DNA of 32,000 nt from NCBI RefSeq assembly GCF_000009045.1, contig NC_000964.3, positions 2,220,001-2,252,000 of the forward strand, given 5' to 3'. Origin of the DNA: Bacillus subtilis subsp. subtilis str. 168 (GTDB lineage: Bacteria > Bacillota > Bacilli > Bacillales > Bacillaceae). The translations under genes and the position numbers were made by a program. The notes below the pieces were generated by a model. The model made no database searches and was not told the DNA's origin. It saw only the letters and a program-made list of their open reading frames with translations. This document shows positions 16,269 to 25,146 of the stretch, in pieces; positions within the stretch are counted from its first letter, which is position 1; each line of letters begins with the position of its first letter.

Positions 16269-17285
16269 ATGAAATTAGATACTGTGAAAATCAAAGGCTT
16301 GTTTAGCCGTGTATTAAATAACAAAATGGACGGTACAGACAAAGCTGATATCCAAACTTACATTAAGAAAGTGTTTGGTGATGGCGGTACTACACCTGAC
16401 CCTTCCATGCTCCATCAATTTAATAACCTTGTCGTTGAACAAGCTGATGAAATTGCGAAACCAAAAGTAACACAGCTCCTCTCCCTTCTGGCCAATGTCC
16501 AACAAGAAAAACGAGGCAATATTAAAGAAATTAAAATTCCAAAAAAGAATAAAGCAAAAGTCATTTGGTCTGCTACAGGCTCTGGTGTTGATTTAGTTCG
16601 TGTTGAAGGACAAGAAACAGTTCCTGCTGTTCCGAAAACTATGTCAACAGGTTTCTATTATGAACCCCTAGATCTCGTAACAGATTCAATTGTTTACTTC
16701 AATAAATTGGTGAATGATATCGCAGATGCTAAAGTCCGTTTGTACCTCGATAAAATTCATCAATTAACTGCAAGCGCAATTACAGCTGGTAAAATCCCTG
16801 CAAAAAATGTTCAAACAGGCTCAAACCTTACTCTTCAACAATACAACAAAGTAGCTTCCGTGCTTCAACGTTATGGTGGAAAACCAATCTTCGTCGCTGA
16901 CACTCTTCTCATTGACTACTTCGCATTCCAACAAGGAACAGACTCTACGTTTAAGAACTTCTTAACAGAAGAAGTAAAAGGAGAGCTCCTTACTGCTCTA
17001 AATCCAACAACTATCGGAAGAACAACTGCTGTTAACCTCACTAACCCATTTACAGATGATACAAATAGTAAAGTCGAACTTCCTGTCAACAAAGGTTATA
17101 TGTTTGCCGGCGGCGTTTCTCAAAAACCATTTTCTGTTGTTGAGTATGGCGGACTGCGTCAATTGACAGAACAAGATATCGAAGATGAAAGAATCAAAAT
17201 GAAAATTGTTCAAGATGCTTCTGTTAACCTTCTTTTTGGAGAAGCAATCGGAATTATTGAAGAACAAGCTGCAGTATCTATCTAA
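16269..17285 (+). CDS. yonB: Major capsid protein candidate, 338 aa
   Basis: Strong SD AAAAGGAG, size and position (after portal and scaffold), and Ala/Gly/Val-rich composition typical of HK97-fold capsid proteins. Not verified by alignment. Confidence 0.65.
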   Translation: MKLDTVKIKGLFSRVLNNKMDGTDKADIQTYIKKVFGDGGTTPDPSMLHQFNNLVVEQADEIAKPKVTQLLSLLANVQQEKRGNIKEIKIPKKNKAKVIWSATGSGVDLVRVEGQETVPAVPKTMSTGFYYEPLDLVTDSIVYFNKLVNDIADAKVRLYLDKIHQLTASAITAGKIPAKNVQTGSNLTLQQYNKVASVLQRYGGKPIFVADTLLIDYFAFQQGTDSTFKNFLTEEVKGELLTALNPTTIGRTTAVNLTNPFTDDTNSKVELPVNKGYMFAGGVSQKPFSVVEYGGLRQLTEQDIEDERIKMKIVQDASVNLLFGEAIGIIEEQAAVSI

Positions 17286-17320
17286 ATCAAAATATGAGGA
17301 TTTTTTAGGAGGATGTAAAT

Positions 17321-17791
17321 TTGACTGAAAAAATTAAGTTAGCACGATACAGAAGTACGTCTTATTTTGTTGGGTATACCGGCGATGGTGGACATAAACA
17401 ATACACTTGGTCTGGTAGTAAAAATGGGAAGGCTGATATTAAAGAAGTTCCAAAAGAAGTTGTTGAATGGCTCACAATGAACAGCGTTTGTTTCGATAAA
17501 GGTGAATTAGTTATTGTTGAAGATAACGAGACAACCAAAGAGATTAAAGATTCTATTGTTGAGTCGGAGGCTTATGAAAATAACATTCATACCAAAGAAG
17601 AAATTGAAAAGATGATTAAATCGGGAAATATTGCTCAACTAAAAAATAAGCTCGATAAAATCACAGTGGATTCTGAGAAGCAATTTATTATTGACGTTGC
17701 TTCAGAATTTAGTGATGACATTGCTGCAGGCAAATTAAAAGTTTTGGCTGATTGGATGGGAGTCGCTGATCCTTCCCTTCTCTTTGACTAA
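17321..17791 (+). CDS. yonA: Head/connector-module protein, 156 aa
   Basis: TTG start 7 nt after TAGGAGGA. Tightly packed in the morphogenesis block. Confidence 0.6.
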
Positions 17792-17805
17792 GAGGAGGGA
17801 TTTTT

Positions 17806-18201
17806 ATGACATCTTATGATCAAATATGGGAAACCTTTTTAAACAACTGCGAGACGTCCGATTTTGATGTTCCTCAACAAGAAGAGGACATTTATAAATC
17901 AATTCGAAATGCAATCCTTCATTTCAATAACCGGCTTAGAGACAATTTAAAAGCTGATAATTCAACTGAAACTGTTAATCGAGAATTATCTGAGGATGAT
18001 CTTCTTATTCTTGCACACTTCTTGAGATACATCTTTTTGTTAAATAAAAAGACCTTGTTTGAGAATACGTGGCAGCCCTTCACGAATGACGTGGGGATCA
18101 AGAACTTTGGTACGCAACTCAATTCACTTAAACAAAGTGTAATGGATCAGAAAGACGAAATTGAGCGCTTGATATTGAACGCTGCGGTGGATTATCTATG
18201 A
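17806..18201 (+). CDS. Head-tail connector/adaptor candidate, 131 aa
   Basis: SD GAGGAGGG. ATGA start/stop overlap with the next gene. Confidence 0.6.
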   Translation: MTSYDQIWETFLNNCETSDFDVPQQEEDIYKSIRNAILHFNNRLRDNLKADNSTETVNRELSEDDLLILAHFLRYIFLLNKKTLFENTWQPFTNDVGIKNFGTQLNSLKQSVMDQKDEIERLILNAAVDYL

Positions 18202-18452
18202 GTACAATTAAAGTTAAATCGGCACATAAAGATGGACAAATAAAGCTTGAGGACTTAGATGTTGTTTGCAATAAACTGTGTAAAAGAAACAATTCAGTCC
18301 TCTTCAAATTGGAGAAATACCTTAATAAAAAGCTGCTAAGTGATCCTGAACTCACAGAAATCAGGGACACTATTTTAACAGTAAGTGGTGAATTAAGCAG
18401 ACTTAGGGATAACTTAGTAACAGACGGTGATTCGAATGAAGGACTACAGTAA
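18198..18452 (+). CDS. Small morphogenesis protein, 84 aa
   Basis: Translationally coupled (ATGA overlap at 18198-18201), in an operon with the connector genes. Confidence 0.6.
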   Translation: MSTIKVKSAHKDGQIKLEDLDVVCNKLCKRNNSVLFKLEKYLNKKLLSDPELTEIRDTILTVSGELSRLRDNLVTDGDSNEGLQ

Positions 18453-19086
18453 TTACCACAAGGTTAACATTAATAATAAACTTCTTCATGATGGTAAGCT
18501 TATTTTCCAACAAGGCCTTAAGGGGTTTGAATCTGAAAAAGTCACAATTGATGGAATCGAAAAAACAGTAATGATCACTTCTAAGTACTCTAGTGGCGAT
18601 GGTTCTGCAAGATATATATTAGGTGAAATTGCTGACATTTATCGTGGCGGAGTTGTTAAGTTTAATGATGAAACATGGCTCATCACCTCCCACCCTCTCA
18701 GTAATAAGATTTACAAAAAGGCTGAGATAAAAATATGTGGAACATCATTTTTTCTTACTTCAGAAGACAAGCTAATCGATACTGGCAAAATTAACGAAAT
18801 CACTGGTAAGCCAATTTATGAAAAAGTACCTGGCGAAAAAACTGAAGTCCCCTGCATATTCGAAAGGACAACTTCAATAAATGGCACTGAATTGGCGGTA
18901 AATCTTCCTGATGGTCAAGCAAACATTACAATTCCTTATCTTGTTCATGAAAAATTGAAAATCGGACTTACCCTCACCTTCTTTGGCGAAGATTATCAAG
19001 TCGATGATATAGACTATTCTAAAGTTTATGGAGACCACGGAACAATAAAATTGGTTGCCAAAAAGAAAGTTGGTGAAAAGACATGA
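18427..19086 (+). CDS. Head-tail joining / tail-completion candidate, about 216-219 aa (GTG 18427 or ATG 18436)
   Basis: Overlaps the upstream gene end. ATGA coupling to the next gene at 19083. Confidence 0.6.
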   Translation: MIRMKDYSNYHKVNINNKLLHDGKLIFQQGLKGFESEKVTIDGIEKTVMITSKYSSGDGSARYILGEIADIYRGGVVKFNDETWLITSHPLSNKIYKKAEIKICGTSFFLTSEDKLIDTGKINEITGKPIYEKVPGEKTEVPCIFERTTSINGTELAVNLPDGQANITIPYLVHEKLKIGLTLTFFGEDYQVDDIDYSKVYGDHGTIKLVAKKKVGEKT

Positions 19087-19589
19087 GCATGACTGTTGAA
19101 CAGATGACAAAAGTCTTCAGATTAGTTATGGATGATGTTGAACTGAATCGGCTCTTGTATTACAAAACTGATCCTCTCTCCCCTTCTCATCCAGATGTTC
19201 AATCACTCGAAAATTATTATGACTCCACAAATGACTCTCCCGCTATAATCAATACCATATTCAAGCGAGCACCTAAAACAGATGATCTATCGGATTCACC
19301 ATTATGTAGGATGTGTATTTATTTAGGGAATGCATTGCCTAAGCCGACAAACCAAAGCTTTATGTTGTTAAATCAAGAATTGATGATCGATGTATACACA
19401 CACATTAATACATTTGAGATATCTGAGTATCGAAGTTTGAAAATCATCGACAGGGTTTCAAAATTATTTTTCAATAAAAATATTGCTGGTTTTGGTGTAA
19501 CAGTAGATTATAAACGTTTGCTTATTAGTAATCCCCCTGACGGATATTTGGGCTACAAGATGATCTTTACTTTTGGAGCAAGTAAATGA
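19083..19589 (+). CDS. Tail-completion / neck candidate, 168 aa
   Basis: ATGA overlaps at both ends (19083 and 19586). Confidence 0.6.
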   Translation: MSMTVEQMTKVFRLVMDDVELNRLLYYKTDPLSPSHPDVQSLENYYDSTNDSPAIINTIFKRAPKTDDLSDSPLCRMCIYLGNALPKPTNQSFMLLNQELMIDVYTHINTFEISEYRSLKIIDRVSKLFFNKNIAGFGVTVDYKRLLISNPPDGYLGYKMIFTFGASK

Positions 19590-20296
19590 ATGAGTTAAAG
19601 GATTTCTTTTTCTTAGGAAAACCGATCCAGACTGAAATAGGAGAGATTGATTTCATCCGCTTAAAAGATTATCCTCTCTACACCAAAGAACTAAGCATGT
19701 TGAGGATGAATAAGAAAAGTCTTATTAAAGAATATTCAAGGTTTAATGAGGATGGCTCGCTTGACCCATTTATTATTGAAATGAAAAAGAGAGATCTTTA
19801 TGAAATTGTACATTCGGTACTCCCTGATTTTCACGAGGCTTATTTCAAAGTTTTTTCAAAAGTATTGATAAACAAGGATTCCCTATCGTTGATTGGAAAA
19901 CATAATTTTCCCCGTCTCCGAAAACTAATACTAGACATGCATTGTATCACTGAAGACAAGGTCGTTGACAATGATGAACTTCAGGAGTTCCATGATATAA
20001 GTAAATCACTCAAGCAACAAGATTCTCAAAGTGATTTAAAGGATATAGTAAGCTGTGTTGCTGCATTTAACGGATACACGTATGAAGAAATATCTGAAAT
20101 GACGATGTATCAACTATATTTGTCGTTCTACAGGATGGCTGAAGTTATGAATTATAACACAACCACACTTTTTGCTACCGTCTCTCCTGATGTCAAAGTA
20201 AGTGATTGGAGTAGTCACATTAATCTTTACAAGGAAGAGTCTTATCACCTGAGCACTAAAGATGCTAAAAATATCGAGCAATTATTTGGAGGCTAA
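19586..20296 (+). CDS. Morphogenesis protein, 236 aa
   Basis: Translationally coupled. Precedes the tail tube candidate. Confidence 0.6.
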   Translation: MNELKDFFFLGKPIQTEIGEIDFIRLKDYPLYTKELSMLRMNKKSLIKEYSRFNEDGSLDPFIIEMKKRDLYEIVHSVLPDFHEAYFKVFSKVLINKDSLSLIGKHNFPRLRKLILDMHCITEDKVVDNDELQEFHDISKSLKQQDSQSDLKDIVSCVAAFNGYTYEEISEMTMYQLYLSFYRMAEVMNYNTTTLFATVSPDVKVSDWSSHINLYKEESYHLSTKDAKNIEQLFGG

Positions 20297-20338
20297 TTAA
20301 CTTTAGTCTCTTTTTATTTTTATTTAGGAGGAAACAAT

Positions 20339-21136
20339 TTGGCAAAACAAACAGTAATCCATGAAGTTGGAAAAATTACAGCTAAACGTCTGAGCGATAA
20401 TAAGGTTATTGCTTCAGGTGTTACACAAATGACTCAGTTTTCCCAACAAGTTCAACAAGACTTTTTAAAAGGCGGATGGGGTAACCGAGACCTGTATGTT
20501 ATTAATTCAAGTAAAGAAGTATCGGGTAATGTCCGAAATGCTTTCTTTGATCTTGATTTCATGGCAATGCAGCAAGGTGTAAAAATTGAAAACGAAACAA
20601 TTTCTGTGTGGGAAGATGAAAGCTTAACAGTTAGTGATACTGGTACGGTTATCCTTTCATATCTCCCATTGTCTAAAGTTTCATTAACTAACGAAGATGG
20701 AGATCAAATTGAAGTTGACGCTGCATCTAAAACAGTTACTGTGCCTGATACCTTTGCAACCAAGGGTGAAGCTTTAGCAGTTCATTATCAAATTGAAGTT
20801 GAAGCCGAGACTGTTGAAATTAACGGTGAAAAATTCTCTGAGAATTACTACTTTGAAATTCACACAATTGAATACGATCCTAAGACTTCAAAAATCTACA
20901 GTGACCTTTATATTCAGCTCCCTAAAGTAAACTTCTCTGGTGAAGCAGATATGTCGTTTGAAGCAGGAAATGCATACACTCCGGAAATCGGCTATCGAGC
21001 CCTTGCTGATAATAACGGAAAAATCGGTAACTTTGCTCGTGTAAAACGTAAAGCTGATGGGACAAAGGGCGTTGTCACTAGTGATGAAGGAACTGGCTCA
21101 TCTCAAAGCTCAGATCTTGGCGGAACAACTGAATAA
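20339..21136 (+). CDS. Major tail (tube) protein candidate, 265 aa
   Basis: Strong SD TAGGAGGAAA with a TTG start after a 40-nt gap. Beta-rich sequence with a flexible Gly/Ser/Thr C-terminal tail. Position follows the head-tail connectors. Confidence 0.6.
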   Translation: MAKQTVIHEVGKITAKRLSDNKVIASGVTQMTQFSQQVQQDFLKGGWGNRDLYVINSSKEVSGNVRNAFFDLDFMAMQQGVKIENETISVWEDESLTVSDTGTVILSYLPLSKVSLTNEDGDQIEVDAASKTVTVPDTFATKGEALAVHYQIEVEAETVEINGEKFSENYYFEIHTIEYDPKTSKIYSDLYIQLPKVNFSGEADMSFEAGNAYTPEIGYRALADNNGKIGNFARVKRKADGTKGVVTSDEGTGSSQSSDLGGTTE

Positions 21137-21153
21137 TTAAGGAGGCGTTTATT

Positions 21154-21765
21154 ATTGCTTTTTTAAACCAGGACGGTGATAAATACACCTCTGCAAAAGA
21201 TGATGGGACAGGTAATCCCATAACAGCTGTATCAATTGAACGTTCCACTGTCCCCTTGGAGGTTGGTCTCAATAATGACCAGCCTCTTAATGTTAATGTG
21301 GCCAACACTGCACTTGATGTAAATATAACTAATACGGCTTCTGTCCCTGTTTTGGTTAAAAACACTGCAGCAATTAAAACCCAAGTTCAAAAATCCTATT
21401 CTGAATTTGTTGTTACTGATGCTGATACCGTAGCTACAGGTGCAACTAAGTCTTATACAGTTGATCTAATCGATTCACTTGGTGTTTTCAGAACTTACGG
21501 TGTTGCTATGTACACAACTCAAACAGACAGCTCAAACAGCAAAGTTTTAGCAAGTATTTATTCCGTACCGAAAAACATCCCATTTTATTCTGCAACTACA
21601 TCAGGTAATGATAATTCTGTTCTATTCAACAGCATTGTTTTTGTTCAGAATTACCCTTTACAAAAACAATTAACTTTCACTGCTCCAAAAATACATCTGA
21701 CAGTTAAAGCAGCCGGTACAGTTGATCTAACTGGGTTAAAAATCGTTGTTTGGGGGATGGAATAA
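21154..21765 (+). CDS. Tail-module protein, about 203 aa, probably initiated at a non-canonical ATT codon
   Basis: The frame is open from 21133. Perfect SD AAGGAGG (21139-21145) is followed 5 or 8 nt later by ATT ATT (21151/21154). The first canonical in-frame start (TTG 21256, as in the ORF track) has no SD. Confidence 0.55.
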   Translation: MAFLNQDGDKYTSAKDDGTGNPITAVSIERSTVPLEVGLNNDQPLNVNVANTALDVNITNTASVPVLVKNTAAIKTQVQKSYSEFVVTDADTVATGATKSYTVDLIDSLGVFRTYGVAMYTTQTDSSNSKVLASIYSVPKNIPFYSATTSGNDNSVLFNSIVFVQNYPLQKQLTFTAPKIHLTVKAAGTVDLTGLKIVVWGME

Positions 21766-21992
21766 TGACATTTGATGAAGTATGTGGTCTGTTCAAACAA
21801 TTTGATGGTTTGGAACAAAAATTCCTATTACTATCAGATGGATCCTATATCAGTGTTGATGATTTCAAGCAACGCTTTGAAGGCGACTTCAATGAGTACG
21901 AACCTTTAAGTTCGCTTCAGTCATCCCCTTCCTCTACCCCAGCTTGGGAAGGTATATGGAATAAGCTACAAGAGGATGGGCTTTTTGAATAA
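21765..21992 (+). CDS. Small acidic tail-module protein, 75 aa
   Basis: TAATG stop/start overlap at 21763-21767 with a GGGGGA SD-like run upstream. It is in the -1 frame relative to the upstream gene. Confidence 0.6.
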   Translation: MTFDEVCGLFKQFDGLEQKFLLLSDGSYISVDDFKQRFEGDFNEYEPLSSLQSSPSSTPAWEGIWNKLQEDGLFE

Positions 21993-22011
21993 GTCCTCCC
22001 CTCTTGTTTTT
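21971..22011 (+). terminator. Intrinsic terminator candidate inside the late block
   Basis: AGAGGATGGG (21971-21980) pairs with CCTCCCCTCT (21995-22004): 5 bp, a 2-nt mismatch, then 3 bp. Followed by TGTTTTT. Confidence 0.45.
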
Positions 22012-22052
22012 CTAGATAAAAGACAGTTTTTATTCAAATTAAGGAGGTGGAG

Positions 22053-22412
22053 TTGTTGACAGAAACGACTGAAAATGTCGTAATCACGATTCCAGACAAA
22101 ACTTCATTTACATTTCACGAAGCCGCAACTTCCCCATCTGAAGGTGAAGAATTTGTAGTGGGTCATTTTCGGGAACTTACTGTTAAGATCTCTGGTTCCT
22201 CAACTTCACGAGAAATAAAGTTTTATGCAGTTGATGAAAATGGCGAAAAAACTGCACTTAGTGGCACCAATAAAACAGACTTCCAACTTGGGAGCAGTAC
22301 TTTAAATACTAATGAGTATTGGGACTTCGACATTGCTGGATTGTTTAAAGTTATGTTCGAAGTAGTTTCTGTTACTGGTGATGTAACTGTTAAAGGGATT
22401 GTGGTGAGTTAA
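22053..22412 (+). CDS. Unknown structural-module protein, about 119 aa (beta-rich)
   Basis: AAGGAGGTG (22041-22049) followed by TTG TTG at 22053/22056. The GTG at 22047 in the ORF track lies inside the SD. Confidence 0.6.
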   Translation: MLTETTENVVITIPDKTSFTFHEAATSPSEGEEFVVGHFRELTVKISGSSTSREIKFYAVDENGEKTALSGTNKTDFQLGSSTLNTNEYWDFDIAGLFKVMFEVVSVTGDVTVKGIVVS

Positions 22413-22413
22413 G

Positions 22414-23631
22414 ATGAGCAGCAGTAAATACGTCGGTCAACTCAAACAAAACAATATTCAGATCAATTCATTAAGAGGATCCAATGACAGAGCTGAAAAA
22501 CATATGCTTGAGCATGAACAAGCATTAACAGAAAAAACAAATTTGTTTATGGAATATCAACAGAATGAGCTCAAGAAACATACTGATGATAAGTCTAATC
22601 CTCATTTAGTCACCAAAGAGCAGGTTGGTTTGGGCAATGTTTTAAATAATGTCCAAGCAACTAAAGAGGAATTTGACGAACATCTAAACGATACTCTCAA
22701 TCCCCATTCAGTAACTAAAAGCCAAGTTGGTTTAGCAAATGTCCTGAATGAAAAACAAGCAACTAAAACTGAATTTGATCAACATGCTCAAGATACAATT
22801 ATTCATATTACAGCTTCAGAGAGAACTACTTGGAATGCCGCGGAAAGCAATTCTAAAAAGTATACTGACGCACATTCTCAGAACACAAACAATCCTCATA
22901 AAGTAACTGCAATTCAGGTCGGGTTAGGAAACCTTACGAATGATAAACAAGCGACAAAATTAGAATTTGATGCTCACATAAAAGATAATGAGCGTCATAT
23001 CACTAGCACTGAAAGAAGTAAATGGAATTCTGCTCAATTAACTAAAATATCAAGCGATGATGGTCAACCACTAGTTTCTATAACAAGCGACTTTCATTCT
23101 GAACTTTTGAATTCTCCTACTTTAACATATTTCGGATATGATAAGGCTGCCTTAGAAGCACCTCCAAGTAACGGGCGGGGATTTTGGACATGTAGTGCTG
23201 ATAAACTTTATGGTCAAGCTATTGTTCTGACTAATGATAATAAGACTTACAGAAAATCATTGATAAACGGAGCATGGTCAAGTTGGGAACGATTGATAAG
23301 TAGCAGTGAAATTGATAACGTGCCTTGGTTAAGCGTTACATATAAAAATGGCGCAAAGACAGGCTCAAGGCCACTTCAATATCGTAAAGTAGCTGGGACT
23401 TTGCAGCTTAGTGGGCACGTTGTAACAAACCGAGATGTAGTATTTGCTTCTATTCCAACTGAATTTTCTCCAACACAAGGTGCTGTTAAGTCTGTTGAAG
23501 TGAGTGGAACTTTCGGCAGAAGTAAATTATTTGTAAACTCTAATGGTGACCTTCAGCTAAGTGGGGTATCAGCTGACAACAGTGCTGCAATAACGGGTTA
23601 CTACATAGATGTAGTTGTTCCGTTGAATTAG
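22414..23631 (+). CDS. Fibre-like protein with phage tail-fibre-type repeats, 405 aa
   Basis: Three NPHxVTxxQVGLxNxxNxxQATKxEFDxH repeats and two HIT(A/S)(S/T)ERxxWNxA motifs, then a beta-rich C-terminal domain. Confidence 0.75.
   Translation: MSSSKYVGQLKQNNIQINSLRGSNDRAEKHMLEHEQALTEKTNLFMEYQQNELKKHTDDKSNPHLVTKEQVGLGNVLNNVQATKEEFDEHLNDTLNPHSVTKSQVGLANVLNEKQATKTEFDQHAQDTIIHITASERTTWNAAESNSKKYTDAHSQNTNNPHKVTAIQVGLGNLTNDKQATKLEFDAHIKDNERHITSTERSKWNSAQLTKISSDDGQPLVSITSDFHSELLNSPTLTYFGYDKAALEAPPSNGRGFWTCSADKLYGQAIVLTNDNKTYRKSLINGAWSSWERLISSSEIDNVPWLSVTYKNGAKTGSRPLQYRKVAGTLQLSGHVVTNRDVVFASIPTEFSPTQGAVKSVEVSGTFGRSKLFVNSNGDLQLSGVSADNSAAITGYYIDVVVPLN
22597..22977 (+). repeat. In-frame tandem/interspersed repeat units of the fibre gene
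   Basis: Repeat units start at 22597, 22699 and 22891, each about 87-102 nt. They are clearly related at both the DNA and protein level. Confidence 0.8.
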
Positions 23632-23641
23632 GAGGTAAGTC

Positions 23642-23992
23642 GTGATACAAGTCTATAAATATGACGAAAATTTTATGTTCGTTGAACCCCTAGTTGTAAC
23701 TGAAATCGATGAAAAGGGAGATTATATTTTTCCCGATAATTGCACTTCTGTTCCATTACCTGACTCTCCCTCCTATTACCTTCCACGATTTGATTTATCA
23801 AAACAAGTTTGGATAGAAACAGCCTCTCAAGAATATATAGACAGCCTCTCACCGCCCCCTGAAGAACCTTCTGATGTGGAATTACTTGGACAATCACTAG
23901 CTGAAGCCAGAATTTTAATTTTAAAACAAAATCGCATAATCTTAAATTTACAAAATGAAGTTAAAAACTTGAAAGATGGGACAACAGCATGA
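23642..23992 (+). CDS. Small protein after the fibre gene, 116 aa (XkdW-like / fibre-assembly candidate)
   Basis: GTG start 6 nt after AGGAGG. Its position mirrors PBSX xkdV-xkdW-xkdX. C-terminal coiled-coil segment. Confidence 0.5.
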   Translation: MIQVYKYDENFMFVEPLVVTEIDEKGDYIFPDNCTSVPLPDSPSYYLPRFDLSKQVWIETASQEYIDSLSPPPEEPSDVELLGQSLAEARILILKQNRIILNLQNEVKNLKDGTTA

Positions 23993-24180
23993 GCAATTTT
24001 TGGGTTATAGCCCTAAACAAAAACTGGGCAACTCTTGATCAGGTTAAAGAAGCTTATTATTACGATGATGTAACTAAGGAAGAACTCAAAGAAGGAGTAG
24101 ACAATAACTTAATTACTCCTGAACAATATCAAGAAATTGTTGGGGAAGCCTATACTTCAGTTACCTTATCTACAGAATAA
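23989..24180 (+). CDS. XkdX-family small phage protein, 63 aa
   Basis: W..LDQVKEAYYYDDVTKEELKEGVDNNLITPEQYQEIVGE matches the remembered XkdX signature (..V..g.IT.eeY.eItG). ATGA coupling at 23989. Confidence 0.6.
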   Translation: MSNFWVIALNKNWATLDQVKEAYYYDDVTKEELKEGVDNNLITPEQYQEIVGEAYTSVTLSTE

Positions 24181-24229
24181 ACACGTTATCATTGTTTGCT
24201 CAAAATGAGGATATTAAGGAGGATATTAA

Positions 24230-24730
24230 ATGGCATCAAAAAAATTGAATTTAAGTTTAATTGAGGAAAGTGTCAATAAGTATGACAAGAAAGAAAAAGT
24301 CCAATTAACCGATGATGTACATGTATTCATCTACCCATACTTTTCTCCTTCTCGGTTAACAAAAATGCTAACTGAAATGATCTCTGATCAACAAAAAGCT
24401 GAAGATAAAGGTATTGATTTTAGTAAAATCAACACTGTTCAATGGGTATTCTTTTCAATTGTCAAAGAATTTTCAGATTTGGGGATTCCGAATGACATCA
24501 AAAATAAAGTTAAATGGTACCTTAAGCTTGTAGATTCCGAATTCTTCCCTATGATTATTAACAGTTTTCCAAAAGAAAGTATGAAGAAGCTTAAGGATGC
24601 AACAAAAGCTTTAGAAAAAATCACTGAAGACTTGTTAACTATGAGCCACCAGGAAATCAACAAGCTTATTCTAGAAAAGGTAGAAGAAATAGAGACTGGT
24701 TCTGGTGAAGTTAGTGGCGAAAACAATTAA
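24230..24730 (+). CDS. Unknown tail-module protein, 166 aa (tail assembly chaperone candidate)
   Basis: Strong SD TAAGGAGGA, helical acidic protein, lies upstream of the tape-measure region. Confidence 0.5.
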   Translation: MASKKLNLSLIEESVNKYDKKEKVQLTDDVHVFIYPYFSPSRLTKMLTEMISDQQKAEDKGIDFSKINTVQWVFFSIVKEFSDLGIPNDIKNKVKWYLKLVDSEFFPMIINSFPKESMKKLKDATKALEKITEDLLTMSHQEINKLILEKVEEIETGSGEVSGENN

Positions 24731-25133
24731 AGATATCAAAGCTATGGTTGAACAAGCTGCAATTCAATCAATTCATAAGTCTTCCTCTAATGTGAAACAA
24801 ATTATGGTAAAAACAGGACAAGAGCATATTGTTGAAGATGTTTACGGTGCATATGATCCCCTACTTTATGAACGCACAGGACAAGTTAAAGATGCCTTTA
24901 TAACCACCAACGAAAGCAACGGGGTGTCATTGGACAATATTAGAGAAGATGATGGAAAAGACATTGCTACAGTTATTGAAACCGGGCAGGGGTATACATA
25001 CCCTGATTCATATGGATATGGATACGGTAACCCTCGTCCTTTTATGAAGAATACCTCTGAGACCTTAAGAGATGGACGATTAACCGCAGCGCTAAAAAAA
25101 GATTTAAAAGCAGATGGTATTAAAACAGACTAA
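24705..25133 (+). CDS. HK97 gp10-like head-tail/tail-completion family candidate, up to 142 aa (start uncertain: GTG 24705, GTG 24714 or ATG 24744)
   Basis: The C-terminal GNPRPFMKNT...L motif resembles the gp10-family A.PF..P signature. Weak SD context. Confidence 0.5.
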   Translation: MKLVAKTIKDIKAMVEQAAIQSIHKSSSNVKQIMVKTGQEHIVEDVYGAYDPLLYERTGQVKDAFITTNESNGVSLDNIREDDGKDIATVIETGQGYTYPDSYGYGYGNPRPFMKNTSETLRDGRLTAALKKDLKADGIKTD

Positions 25134-25146
25134 TGGTGGTGAATTA

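Noticed and set aside
24693-24730. Programmed frameshift joining the 166-aa and 142-aa ORFs (a G/GT-like pair next to the tape-measure region)
   Set aside because: The downstream frame is +1 rather than -1, and I found no slippery sequence in the 38-nt overlap. The downstream protein looks like an independent HK97 gp10-type family member.
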